DNA of 64,000 nucleotides from Eledone cirrhosa (taxonomy: Eukaryota), in the NCBI GenBank assembly GCA_964016885.1, contig OZ024753.1:31062001-31126000 (forward strand), written 5' to 3'. Position numbers and translations under genes: made by a program. Of the stretch, positions 35,936-49,931 are shown piece after piece (position 1 is the first letter of the stretch; each line of letters starts with the position of its first letter). The notes below the pieces were generated by a model. The model saw only the letters and a program-made list of their open reading frames with translations. It was not told the DNA's origin and ran no database searches.

Positions 35936-36002
35936 TTTTATTATGCGCATTTCAAAAACAAACATCATCATGCAATAATATTTGTGTTTTCATCAGATAA
36001 AA
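35936..36002 (-). ncRNA. Type I hammerhead ribozyme (inverted partner of 31654-31720)
   Basis: 31595-31760 and 35895-36061 are inverted repeats ~4.1 kb apart. Confidence 0.8.
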
Positions 36003-36443
36003 CAGGAGAACATGATATGAAGGCTAAAAAACACTTGTGGATAGTGCAGTTTTAAATCAACAAACTGTAGAGTGCTTCTTATCCGATATCTGCATTGCTT
36101 TATTGTACTACAATACAACTCACCTCCTACATTATATATATATATATATATATGAATGTGTGAATGTATACGACGGGAAGCCGAAGAGATCCTCGCTTTA
36201 AGGGTATCGCGAAAGGGTAGACCAGTTTCCTTTACAGGGGAGGAAGAACTACTGAAATAAGTGTCTGAATCTGAGGCAGGGAATATGTTGAATAAAATCA
36301 CAAATATCTGATCCTCTTGTATTTTCTTTTACCCAAAGTCAGGAACTTTTCTGCACTCGCTCGCATATATATATATATATAACAGTAATGGTTGCATTTT
36401 TTAAGGGTATGTCAATATTTATTTATAAAACTGATCTATATTA

Positions 36444-36508
36444 TATTTTGTCTGATGAAAGCACACCATAATTTAACTTGGTGTCCTTGAAATATGTATA
36501 ATGAAATA
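36444..36508 (+). ncRNA. Type I hammerhead ribozyme (family B)
   Basis: tattttgt-CTGATGA-aagcacacca..tggtgtcctt-GAAA tatgta TA-atgaaata. Confidence 0.7.
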
Positions 36509-36547
36509 AATATGGTTTTATAAATATAGTTTCCATTTGTTAATATC

Positions 36548-36585
<38 letters not shown>

Positions 36586-36639
36586 CGTTTCTGAATTTGT
36601 TTAGCAAGATTCTTTATCTGAAAACGTATGTTGAAACCG

Positions 36640-36815
36640 ATATTGTTATACTTTGGGAGGGTCATGTTGCCAATAAGAAACACACGCACCAGCTGCTTTC
36701 ACTCCAATTTATTACAACTTAAATTTATAAATTTAATTTATAATAAATTGGAGTGAAAGCAGCTGGTGCGTGTGTTTCTTATTGGCAACATGACCCTCCC
36801 AAAATATAACAATAT
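36640..36815. mobile_element. Fold-back PLE terminal-repeat hairpin (family C)
   Basis: ~75-bp arms around an AT-rich centre. The right arm begins aattggagtGAAAgcagctg. Confidence 0.7.
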
Positions 36816-37394
36816 ATATATATATATATAGTAATAATAGATGTGAAGGCTAAAATCCGAAGAGGGCTCTATAAGGATTATATATATATATATATATATA
36901 AAATATATATAAACCCGTAGAGCAAATATTTATTATAAGAACAGATTAAAGTATAAGCCAAGAGTTTAAGAAGATCCCGTTAAGGGTCAAAGCAGCGATT
37001 CTTTGCTTAAACTTCAATCTGTTATTATAGTATGTATATAAATAGTAGAACACTGGAGGGTTATATCCGTAGTAGTAGAACACTCAGTCCATGGGACGAG
37101 TTTGGTGGAAGTAGTTCCACATATATATTTGTATATCTATTTGATAAGTTTATAGGTTACGGCCAGTATTGTCCCAAGCCATGCCTAAGTAAGTACAACC
37201 AGTCTTTCAAAGTATGCGGCACTCGTCAGTCATGATTTGGACACGATGGATCATTCTAGGAAAGAGTTATTGATGGAAATATATGGAATTTGTTGGGTTT
37301 CAATATTATGGGATATTTCTCTGCCTTGATGTGTTTTGGTATGATATTAAAGGGAGCTCGGCCAGTTGAGCTGAAATAGATTGTCGTAATGTAA

Positions 37395-37470
37395 TGTGAG
37401 CTCACCACCCTCTCAAATAACCTGACTATATGAGAGGTTATAGAGATCTGTCGGTAATTTCCTGATATTT
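37395..37470 (-). mobile_element. CR1-like RT relic
   Basis: NYRQISITSHIVRLFERVV is homologous to NYRPVSLTSHISKVMERVI in the 50-kb LINE. Confidence 0.6.
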
Positions 37471-38416
37471 TATTAATCTGAAGGTGAATGGAAAATGAGA
37501 ACACTTTGAGATTGAAATTAATTTTCTCAATCACCCAGGCCTCCTCAGTTGTCTTGGGTTCTTAACGACAGTCTTCGTGTTGTTTGAAGATTGTGTTCTT
37601 TGATTTCGAGCAGTGTGACTGATATCGAATGGCAGTGTTACGGCTGGTAATGTTTTTAGCAGGTTGATATATTCTTTTTATTAAATCTCTTTGTTTTTCT
37701 AATAAGGTTTTTTCTGTTTTCTTCTGAAGCGATTTCACTTAGTTTTGTTCGCAGATTGCAGTAATGTCTTAAGCCTATATTTGTTTCCATATACAAATTA
37801 TGGCAGTAGTGTGCTCTCATACATAAAACACAAAATTAAAACTAGAGTTCATATGGAAGCCTCTATTATTTCGTTCTAAATACTAGAAATTGCATCAACA
37901 TATATCACCTCATACATTAGTTAATGTAATATCAGTTATAGCATAACTGAATAATAATAATAATAATTATAACAACAACAAAAATAACGAAAACAATAAT
38001 AATTGTAGTAATAATAATTTGTTGTTCAAGACCAAGCTCTTGCTAGGAATTCGGTAAAGTACATCTACAATACTTCTGACACCCAGAAATACAGACGCCT
38101 TGAAAAGAATGTACAAACTATAACCCACTTGGTACGTGGATGTGGAACATTGCACACAAAGTATGTTTGTACCTTCATTGGCTTTTGTGTCGTAAATACC
38201 AATACGAAGAAATAAAGATTGGTATGAGTATGTGCCTTGTAAAATAATGCAGGAGGATGGGAAAGCTTCGATATTTTGGTATTATGATTTACAAACTGAT
38301 AGTAATTGAGAATCGTCGACCACATATTGATTAAATAATGAAAGTATTCTTTGTATGAGGTCCTTGTTTTGACTCTACAGATGACTAAATACTTTGGGGC
38401 TTTAATCATTAACACT

Positions 38417-38550
38417 GATGACATATCTAGGTCGGGGTCACTGTTTGATGACATAGCAAGGTCGGAGTCACTGTTTGATGACATAACTAGGTCGGGGCTG
38501 CTGCTTGATGACATAGCTAGGTCGGGGTCACTGTTTGATGACAACTAGGC
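38417..38550. repeat. 30-bp minisatellite (tgatgacatagctaggtcggggtcactgtt) x~4.5
   Basis: Direct reading. Confidence 0.9.
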
Positions 38551-39169
38551 CAGTGCTGCCGTCTCATGACATATATCATTACTACTCTCTGGTGGTATAC
38601 CTAGGTCACTGAGATTGTTTCATGATATATAATTTGTTTCTAATACATATCATGTATGCGCGACCACTGTTTTGGAGGTCCAGTTATGGAGGTTTTTCTA
38701 AACTGGCTTCTCATCAGGCGCTGAAACAAATACGAAATAGGAACCTCCTTTATATATACATTTCCTTTGTTTATTGTTCAGTGAAGGGGAGAAAGGCAGT
38801 CCTCGTGAGTTTTTAGGGGCTCTCTGACTTATGTGATGGGTGTTAGGGAGTTAAACTCAGAGGTGAACAAATACCACAAAGTATTTTTCTCGGATGCTCT
38901 AACGACTCTGCCAATTCTCCACCTTAGCTTTGTTTACTGTTGTATTTCTTCTATCCCATCATGCTCTCATCTTCTGTCCTCTCACATCCTGTCACATCTC
39001 CGGATATTTAATCACTACGGATATTGTAATTCTGCCTACCACTTGTTACATTATATATATATATACCCTCTCGCCCACTCCTTCAGGATTTCCATTCTTT
39101 GGAGGATCAATCTAACACCCCCGTCTCTCTCTCGTCCCTTGCATCGCTCCTACCTTGCTGGTGTGTGTG

Positions 39170-39246
<77 letters not shown>

Positions 39247-41296
39247 AGTATCTGCATATGTGTGGCTACATGGCGAACTGTGTGAGGCTGAAAAACAGAC
39301 TGTAGCAGAGCGAAGAAGCAGACTCCACCCTCTGGGGTCAAGATCTCTTGTATGTATAAGGATTGGATACCGAGAAAACATTAAATAGATGAACTTTCCT
39401 TTCAAACAAAAGTAATAAATCCGACGACGACAATATGATCTCAAACAAAGGAATTGCTATCTAAGTTTGTTTGACTCAGGTTAAAGGTCAGTGTGTGTTG
39501 ATAATGTGACTATTTGAGAACATGGGAAAACATTACCTTGAGGTTTTGTTATATACAGATAACGAAAATCACAACCATTTTTATACCGCAGAAGGAAAAA
39601 AATAAAAACCAAAAAAATGTAACAGATTTCTAAAGATTAAAATTTGAAGTAATATTAACCAATCTGATTTCTCTAATCTCAACCCCGTGGATGAATCACT
39701 GGTACAACAATAACAACAATAGAAAAAGTACTAAAAGAAATGTAAAAATACTACTATAAGCAATATAAAACAATTATGATAATCGAAGACAATAACAGCA
39801 AAATAAAAACAGCTCTGTAGGTGTCGACAAAAACACAGTCAAACATTGACTATAAAACAGACAAAAGGTATCATAAAACTTTATTATAAATTTTACAATT
39901 AAATTTAAGATGAAAGGAAAAGGAAATGGTGGGGTGGCGGGACTTTACACACAAGCCGGGGCCTCGTTTGCATTTAAAATGTGAGGGGGACAAACCAACA
40001 TTTGTTCATTCTTAAAGGAGCACGTTAGTATTGCTTATGGTGCCTTTCCCGGACCCTATCACATAAGTAAACATTTACGCTAATTAAATTTTATATATTC
40101 AAATAAAGTTCAGATATAAAAAAAATAAGCTTAAAAAGAATTTATTATATCAAATAAACAAAATTTTTAATTTGTAGCAAATGGATGTAAATTTGAATGA
40201 ACAAAATTCAATACCAATTGAAACTTAGGGGTATATATAAATATGTAAAAATGTATTATACATATGTATGACTTGCTAGTGGGATTTTCTTTGTTCTTTA
40301 ATTGGGAAAAAGTAGGGGGGGGGGGGGGGGGGGTGACAAAATATGATTTGTCCACCGTTCCTGAAAAACTGTGTGTGTGGGAGGGGACTTATACCCAGGT
40401 ACACCCCTGAAACAAGGTCCTTGCACACAAGGCTAGGCAGCATAATCTTTGATACGTTCCGCGAACGCCCCGCGAATAAGATAGTGATATCCTTTGTGTC
40501 AGTCAATCCACCTTGTGGCGGGGCTACTTCTTCAGACATGATTCCATCGTCTCAGTCTCAGATTAGCGATAGAAAACGGTAGTACAGAGACTGAGGCCAT
40601 CGGCGATCCTAAAAGGAGACGGTCAGTCAATGTCTTACATTTGGTCATCTTCTGTTCCTCTGCGACAGTCCAAAGATGAAGGATACCGACACAAGAAGTA
40701 GTCGGATCATTAATACCTGGTATTAGGTCATCTTCCCCTTCTCTGAGTCGTGGGTAGATGCTCCAAGGTTGATAGCCATAGCATGGTTATTGTTACAAAT
40801 TTAGCGCTCGTTCTAACATGGCCGTTATTTTTCATATCTCCTCACATTATGAATCCTTCATACCAGACTCCCACAGGCCGCCCTCTCTTCTATATCAACA
40901 TTTCTCCTTTATTCACCACTCCTTTATTGAATTTCTTATTCACAAATTTGCAACCAATGTTAGGGAGGGGTGTGAGGCTTATAGCGGCTACCCCTCATTC
41001 TTTTGCAAATTCAGTCTCAAGGACATTAATATATCACTTGATCATGAAGTGCTCTCCCATTACTGAAGGAGACAAAACATTTGTTTAGTGACGAGTAGAG
41101 TTACCCGGCATTACTCTGGCACGGAATAAAGGTGTATAGCAAGGACCTTTTATGTAGCTTTTTACTCTCTCTCTCTCTCACACACATCGATTAATAAATA
41201 AATTTATAGTTCTGTGACACCAAGGCTCATATACACTGGTCCGCATGCTAAACACTATCTCTTCCAATGAAGAAGTAGAGTCCAAATGTATATTCA

Positions 41297-41343
<47 letters not shown>

Positions 41344-41521
41344 AAAAAGAGATGAAATCGAAAATGCAACTGGAGTCTTATTTAAAAAAAATATATATAT
41401 ATTTATTTGGTTCCTTTACCGGTTTCGCAGTTCTTCTGCTTTTCAAAAGGTGAGTTGAGATGGAGGGCCTGTGGTTTTTCTCACATCTGGTTGGTCTCTG
41501 AATGTTACTTGTTTTATATGG

Positions 41522-41589
<68 letters not shown>

Positions 41590-41598
<9 letters not shown>

Positions 41599-42940
41599 TA
41601 AACATACATATCTTTACTTCAATAGAAAATCTGAACTCTGACACCCCAGCGAACTAACCATATTCACTGAACCAGAACAATTCTCCCAATCCCATTTCTC
41701 TTGACCACTATCTTTCCATTGTCATAACATTCGCTATAAAGGCTACAGAATAGTTTTCCAAATAAGGGCGCAAAAATGTAATGAAAACTTGTTCACATGA
41801 CAGCCAAATTTCATTTATAACCAATCAAATCACGTTTATTAAAAAAAAAGCCTTCGTGAGCCACCTTTTTTTAAAGTAAAGAAATTCAAACACACACAAG
41901 CACACAAATAAACATACATATCTTTACTTCAATAGAAAATCTGAACTCTGACACCCCAGCGAACTAACCATATTCACTGAACCAGAACAATTCTCCCAAT
42001 CCCATTTCTCTTGACCACTATCTTTCGATTGTCATAACATTCGCTATAAAGGCTACAGAATAGTTTTCCAAATAAGGGCGCAAAAATGTAATGAAAACTT
42101 GTTCACATGACAGCCAAATTTCATTTATAACCAATCAAATCACGTTTATTAAAAAAAAAGCCTTCGTGAGCCACCTTTTTTTAAAGTAAAGAAATTCAAA
42201 CACACACAAGCACACAAATAAACATACATATCTTTACTTCAATAGAAAATCTGAACTCTGACACCCCAGCGAACTAACCATATTCACTGAACCAGAACAA
42301 TTCTCCCAATCCCATTTCTCTTGACCACTATCTTTCGATTGTCATAACATTCGCTATAAAGGCTACAGAATAGTTTTCCAAATAAGGGCGCAAAAATGTA
42401 ATGAAAACTTGTTCACATGACAGCCAAATTTCATTTATAACCAATCAAATCACGTTTATTAAAAAAAAAGCCTTCGTGAGCCACCTTTTTTTAAAGTAAA
42501 GAAATTCAAACACACACAAGCACACACATAAACATACATATCTTTACTTTATTCAATAGAAAATCTGAATTCTGACACTCCAGCGAACTAACCATATTCA
42601 CTGAACCAGAACAATTCTCCCATCCCTTTCTCTTGACCATTATCTTTCACTATCTGAGTTCAAATCCCGCCGAGGTTGACTTTGCCTTTCATCCTTACGG
42701 GGTCGATAAAATAAAGTACCAGTAATGCACTGGGTAATTGCTGGCCTTGTGCCTAAAGTAGAAACAATTATCTTTCACTTATCAAAAATTCTCTAAAAAG
42801 GCTACAGAATGGATTTCCAAATAAGGGCACAAAAATTTAATGAAAACTTGTTCACGTGACAACCATAATTTCATTTATGACCAACCAAAAATAAGCCTTC
42901 GTGAGCCTCCTTTTTTCAAGTAAAAAGAAATTCAAACACT
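41590..42940. repeat. 310-bp tandem repeat (3 near-identical units plus one diverged, SINE-interrupted unit)
   Basis: aatagaaaatctgaa at 41621, 41931, 42241 and 42555. Confidence 0.95.
42652..42766 (+). mobile_element. 5'-truncated SINE with 13-bp target-site duplication
   Basis: attatctttcact at 42639-42651 and 42767-42779. Confidence 0.85.
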
Positions 42941-43155
42941 CATATATGAAAAAACAACCTGTGACAAAACTCCCCCTCTTATTTGAAGAACTATTGTAAC
43001 GCGAACTGGTGCGAAATTTATTATAATTATTGACAAACCAATCAAATTACTTCTCGAAAAACCTGGCATTTCGAGCCACTTTTTCCATATAAAACAAGTA
43101 ACATTCAGAGACCAACCAGATGTGAGAAAAACCACAGACCCTCCACCTCAACTCA

Positions 43156-43193
43156 CCTTTTGAAAAGCAGAAGAACTGCGAAACCGGTAAAGG
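43156..43193 (+). ncRNA. Minimal hammerhead variant (U3-A8 core); inverted copy at 41413-41450
   Basis: cctt-TTGAAAA-gcag aagaa ctgc-GAAAC cg GTA-aagg. Perfect stems I and II and palindromic stem III (accggt). Confidence 0.75.
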
Positions 43194-43324
43194 AACCAAA
43201 TAAATATATATATTTTTTTAAAAAATAAGACTCCAGTTGCATTTTCGATTTCATCTCTTTTTCTTTATACTTTCACTCGTGTAGGAGACCTCGGTTATTT
43301 TTCATTTTGTAAAAAAAACCTCAC

Positions 43325-43364
<40 letters not shown>

Positions 43365-43366
<2 letters not shown>

Positions 43367-43546
43367 CGAAGGAAATGTGGTAAGGAACCAGATGGACCAT
43401 AACGCACCAAAGTACTCAATACTTAGGCTAGTAAAGTTGGTAATAGGAACGAGTAGGACCCCGACGGCTGAGCTCAAGCCGTTTCGACGGCTAATTCCAG
43501 AATTAGCCGTCGAAACGGCTTGAGCTCAGCCGTCGGGGTCCTACTC
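43365..43546. mobile_element. Fold-back PLE terminal-repeat hairpin (family A subfamily)
   Basis: Perfect palindrome at 43451-43546 with apex aattc-ca-gaatt. Related partial copy at 47785-47918. Confidence 0.8.
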
Positions 43547-43704
43547 ATTCATATATATATATATATAATACACCCACATCACCTTCACACACACATATAC
43601 TGATATATATATATATAGCAAGGGTTAAAATATAACTCTGTATGGCACAAGTGTTTGTATATGCATGTGTATATATACTTGTCTATATATGTATGCATAA
43701 ATAC

Positions 43705-43752
<48 letters not shown>

Positions 43753-44975
43753 ATGTATTTGTATATGCATGTGCATATATGCTCGTCTATATATGTATGC
43801 ATAAATACATAGGTGTGTGTGTGCGTTGTGCCTGTGTATAGTTCACAAATCACGAGTAATCTGACAGTTTACTCAGCCAATCTGACTGTAATCAGAGAAA
43901 CACACTAACCGGAAGTAACTTTCCATATACTCTAAGCTCTCATTTTTATATATCGGATATACTTTTACACAACTGCGCAATTATTCTATCATTAAAGCTT
44001 CCGCTGTACCCATCTATGTTAGCTCATCCTTTCAATTCTCTCTTCAAGCCGAACGGACCTCTGTCGGTTTCGACGATGAGTGTTCCAGTTGTTCAATCAA
44101 CGGAACAGCCAGTTTATTTGATGAGAATAATGATTTCTACTATAGGCACAAGGCCAGAAATTTTGGGGGTAGAAGAGTTGATTAAATTGACCCCAGTACG
44201 TTACTGATGCTTTATTTTATCCACTTCGTAAGGATGAAAGGCAAAGCTAACCTCTGCGGGATTTGAACTCAGAACTTAAATCAACGAAACTCTATGCTGC
44301 GAAGCATGTTGTCCGATGATAATGCCTAATGCACATTTTGTTGTAGAAGAAGATTTGAGAAGAAAACATAGCTCTCGTACAGCAAACGGAAAATAAATAG
44401 TATTCGGAAAATACTTCCAAAACACTGTTTTCTATGAAAGTGGCTTGGCAGAATTGGTCAAGCTTCGGATAAAATGCCGTTGCAGTATTTGTTTGTTCTC
44501 GCTCTTTACGTTCTGAATTCAAATTCCACCGAGGTTAACTTTGCCTTTCAACTCTCAACTGTAGAAATGTGTTGCGATCCTGTTGAAATCAACGGGTGGC
44601 AGTAGTTCCAGCTGCACGCATCGAAAGACTGGTGTAGTAGTTCTGAGAACAATGCGGCTTTGCAAATTGATAATGGAAAGGTGCTCCGCTCGAGTTAGAA
44701 GAGAACTATTGACCTTGAGGAGAAGCAGCGACTCTTGATTGTATTCAGCAACCGCAACAAATATATTTAATGTCGGCTTTGAGTCAATTTCATTCTTGTG
44801 GCTAATAGACATTGGAAAGGCATGAACACCTCATATTCTTAATTCCTCCTTATTCAATACCTAAATACAGTATGAAGTTCATATAATAGTGATACCAATT
44901 TATACTGTATAGACAGGCTGGTTACACACAAGAAAACATCATTAACCCTTTTATTATCATATGTTTATTGAAAGG

Positions 44976-45618
44976 CACTGGGTGCTTTTTGTAGTGTCAC
45001 CAACACAACCACCTTACAGAGTGGACTGGGTGCTTTTTGTAGTGTCACCAACACAACCACATTACAGAGTGGACTGGTTGCTCATTTGTAGTGTCACCAA
45101 CACAACACCCTTACAGAGTGGACTGGTTGCTTATTTGTAGTGTCACCAAGAAAACCTCCTTACAGAGTGGACTGGTTGCTTATTTGTAGTGTCACCAACA
45201 CAACACCCTTACAGAGTGGACAGGTTGCTTATTTGTAGTGTCACCAACACAACACACTTACAGAGTGGACTGGTTGCTTATTTGTAGTGTCACCAACACA
45301 ACACCCTTACAGAGTGGACTGGTTGCTTATTTGTAGTGTCACCAACACAACACCCTTACAGAGTGGACTGGTTGCTTATTTGTAGTGTCACCAACACAGC
45401 CACAACCACAACCACCTTACAGAGTGTACTGGTTTCTTATTTGTAGTGTCACCAACACAACACCCTTACAGAGTGGACTGGTTGCTTATTTGTAGTGTCA
45501 CCAACATAACCATCTTACAGAGTGGACTGGTTGCTTATTTGTAGTGTCACCAACATAACCATCTTACAGAGTGTACTGGTTGCTTACTTGTTGTGTCACC
45601 AACTCGACCACTTTACAA
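44976..45618. repeat. ~46-47-bp minisatellite (gagtggactggttgcttatttgtagtgtcaccaacacaacacccttaca)n, ~13 copies
   Basis: Tandem near-identical units with no unique spacers. Confidence 0.95.
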
Positions 45619-46206
45619 TGTTATATACCATCAACTATTTCTTAATTTTAATGCTTGAGTATTCCTCAGTCAGGCGTACCTTAATACTCAACCGTGACAC
45701 ATTTTGATATACAGCAGGTCTTTTGAATTACAGCTGCAACCCATTGGACCAACCGAATTTCAATCACCTGATTCGGGTAAAAGACACTTGCTCAAAACAA
45801 GTGGGACCGAATCTGAAACCACATGACTGCGATGCGAACGTCTTAACCATTGGACTATGTCTGTGGCTATATGGAAATAAATGGACCTCCGTCGTTTTAG
45901 GAGATGAATGTTCTGCTTCTGAAATTAAATGTTCAAGTGAGTAAAGATTCGACAAACATGTGTGCGCTTAATGACATTTTCAAATAGATTCGGCGTGACA
46001 GTGTGTGACAAGGGTGGCCCTTTGAATTTCAGGTACAGTTAATCTGAAGGGTATCCCTACAATTTCCGTTTCCTCAGTTTGACTCGCAAGGCATTAATCA
46101 ACCTGATGATATAGGAGAAAATAAGGGACAAACATGACATGCAATGAGATCGAACCCAAACCTCAAGATTACGAAGCGAACTTATTAAGCACTCAGCCAT
46201 GCCTGT

Positions 46207-46279
<73 letters not shown>

Positions 46280-46514
46280 ATGTGCGCGTGTGCGCATGTA
46301 TTTGTATGTATGTATATATATATATATATATACGTAGGTCCCGGGTTGAGTCGGGGATAACCACAGTAAGTAAGGTACTCAATACATGGCAGAGTAAAAT
46401 ATATTTATTGTATAGTAGAAGCTCCTTCTATACAATAAATAAATATATATATATATATATATATATACATACACACACACATATATATACACACACACAC
46501 ACGCACACACACAC

Positions 46515-46553
<39 letters not shown>

Positions 46554-46615
46554 CATACGCTGAAAAAAGACAACCTTATGTATGTCAATATTTATTTATG
46601 AAACATGCTGTATTG

Positions 46616-46681
46616 TATTTTATCTGATGAAAGCGCACCATAGTTTGCTCTGGTGGCCCTTGAAATATGTATAATAAAATA
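46616..46681 (+). ncRNA. Type I hammerhead ribozyme (family B)
   Basis: tattttat-CTGATGA-aagcgcacca tagtttgctc tggtggccctt-GAAA tatgta TA-ataaaata. Perfect 8-bp stem I. Confidence 0.8.
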
Positions 46682-46829
46682 AATATGGTTTTATAAATAT
46701 AGTTTCCATTTGTTAATATATTGTATATTTACTCCACTAAATTGTTGAGTGCTTTATATCAGTTATAAACATTTTTTTAAGCTTGTTGAATCCCAACAAA
46801 TTAAATATAACCTCTGCATATATATACAC

Positions 46830-46886
<57 letters not shown>

Positions 46887-46917
46887 GACATATACATATA
46901 TATATACATATATATAC

Positions 46918-46974
<57 letters not shown>

Positions 46975-46993
46975 CATATATATATACATATAC

Positions 46994-47024
<31 letters not shown>

Positions 47025-47027
47025 GAC

Positions 47028-47059
<32 letters not shown>

Positions 47060-47915
47060 ATATACATATATATATATATATACATATACACACATATATA
47101 TATATAGGCATGTACATATGTACATATATATATACATACATATATATGTACATATATATATATACGTGCATACATATATATATATACGTATATATATACG
47201 TATATATATATACACATATATATAGTTATATATACACATATATATATACATATGTATATATATACACATATATATATACATATATATATATACGTACATA
47301 AATATATATTTATATTTATATATACATATACATACATACATGCATAAATATAGATATATACATATATATACATGCATACATAAATATAGATATATACATA
47401 TATATACATACATACATACATACATACATACATACACACACATGATTGAAAGAAAGCACATGTATCGTTATATATGACAATATTGCCATTGTAAGCCATT
47501 CAATAGAAGAAAGAAAAATATGCAAAGACAGAGAGAGAGAGGGGGATGTTTGCTATACACTCCTTTAAAGTATATAATGTCATAACACATGTTAAAGGAA
47601 GACACTGTGAGGAACTATCCGAAGCAGGTAATGTTTGGTCTTATATACACTCTCATATAATATAGCAATATATATATATTTCGTTTCTGAATTTGTTTAG
47701 CAAGATTCTTTATCTGAAAACGTGTGTTGAAACCGATATTGTTATACATTGGGAGGGTCATGTTATATATATATATATATATATAGGAACGAGTAGGACC
47801 CCGACGGCTGAGCTCAAGCCGATTCGACGGCTAATTCTGGACCCACTCTACTACTTTAAGTATTGAGTACTTTGGTGCGTTATGGTCCACCTGGTTCCTT
47901 ACCACATTTCCTTCG

Positions 47916-47951
<36 letters not shown>

Positions 47952-48162
47952 ATATAACAAATTAGTTTATACATACGTTCATTTTAATATTGTGTATAGT
48001 AGTATATCTATTGTTTGTGTGTGTATATATATATATAGGGTTGCCTGGTGTATGTATGTGTGTATATATCAATGCATGTATTGTGTGTCTGTTTGTTCAA
48101 ATATGTTTGTATATCATATACATAAATGCATTTTTCACACGCCTCTCTCTTGTAACACACAC

Positions 48163-48195
<33 letters not shown>

Positions 48196-48239
48196 TGTAT
48201 GTATGTATGTATGTATGTATGTATGTATGTATGTATGTA

Positions 48240-48386
48240 TAAGAGAGAGAGAGGGAAGTGTATAATTTAGATAGACAAAGGGAAACTGTTGATTGCTATG
48301 TAAACAAAACTACACATGTATACACACAATTATATCACTACATACACACACATATATATATAAATACACTACACTACACACGCATA

Positions 48387-48433
<47 letters not shown>

Positions 48434-48438
48434 GTTTA

Positions 48439-48476
<38 letters not shown>

Positions 48477-48727
48477 TAAACCTTGTCGCCTTGCATGCGG
48501 ATATAGAGTTTGTGGTGAGGGATACGTCTGTTTGTTTAGGATCATGTATGTAGGTGTATATATATATATATATATATATAGTTGTGTGTGAGGTAATTAT
48601 CTGTATACATGTGTGTACATTCATTTACATAGCAATTAACACAGATTTCCCTTTGTTTTTCAAAATAACACACACAGACATTTTCTCTCTAGATGTACAT
48701 TCATATATACATAGAATGTATATATGC

Positions 48728-48788
<61 letters not shown>

Positions 48789-48947
48789 ATATATAGAATG
48801 TATATATATACGTTATATTTATATATATATATATACATTTATATATATATATATACATTATATATATATATATATATATATAAATGTATATATATATATA
48901 TAAATATAATGTATATATATACATTCTATATATACATTCTCTCTCTT

Positions 48948-49003
<56 letters not shown>

Positions 49004-49154
49004 CACACATGCATATATACATTCTATGTATATATGAATGTACATCTAGAGAGAAAATGTCTGTGTGTGTTATTTTGAAAAACAAAGGGAAATCTGTGTT
49101 AATTGCTATGTAAATGAATGTACACACATGTATACAGATAATTACCTCACACAC

Positions 49155-49222
<68 letters not shown>

Positions 49223-49520
49223 CTACATACATGATCCTAAACAAACAGACGTATCCCTCACCACAAACTCTATATCCGCATGCAAGGCGGTGGATTGGCA
49301 GTATTGGTAGAGGGTCGGACGCCATGCTTTCCAGCATAGTTACGTCCCTTTACGATCTTAGTTCAAATCCCGCCGAGGTTAACTTTGCATTTCGTCCTTA
49401 CCGGGTCGATAAAATAATGTACCAGTAATGTACTGGGATAATTGCTGGCCTTGTGCCAAAAGTAGAAACAATTATCGCATTATATATATGTTTAAACATA
49501 TATATATATATATATGTTTA

Positions 49521-49570
<50 letters not shown>

Positions 49571-49735
49571 TAGAGTTAGATATATATGCGTGTGTAGTGT
49601 AGTGTATTTATATATATATGTGTGTGTATGTAGTGATATAATTCTGTGTATACATGTGTAGTTTTATTTACATAGCAATCAACAGTTTCCCTTTGTCTAT
49701 CTAAATTATACACTTCCCTCTCTCTCTCTCTCTTA
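48240..49735. repeat. ~1.5-kb palindrome with a SINE inserted in the right arm
   Basis: 48240-48480 pairs with 49485-49735 and 48487-48790 pairs with 48965-49288. The SINE at 49288-49475 is present in one arm only. Confidence 0.85.
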
Positions 49736-49900
49736 TATATATATAATGTATATATATATACATTATATTTATATATATATATACATTATATTTATATATA
49801 TATATATACATTATATTTATATATATATATACATTATATTTATATATATATATACATTATATTTATATATATATATACATTATATTTATATATAGATATT

Positions 49901-49931
<31 letters not shown>

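Larger units (their letters stand above)
41339..43268. mobile_element. PLE-derived unit with ~185-bp inverted terminal repeats enclosing a 310-bp tandem array
   Basis: 41339-41524 is the reverse complement of 43082-43268. Both arms hold an HHR variant. Confidence 0.8.

Noticed and set aside
38065-38548. 159-aa ORF with SSNSDPDLAM repeats
   Set aside because: The repetitive part is a 30-bp minisatellite open on both strands. The rest has no recognisable motif or splice support on that strand.
38417-38550. ctgatga/ttgatga in the 30-bp repeat as hammerhead cores or snoRNA C boxes
   Set aside because: No GAAA partner, D box or closing stems.
44976-45618. CRISPR-like regular repeat
   Set aside because: Units are contiguous and near-identical, with no unique spacers and no cas genes, in a eukaryotic context. 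It is a minisatellite.
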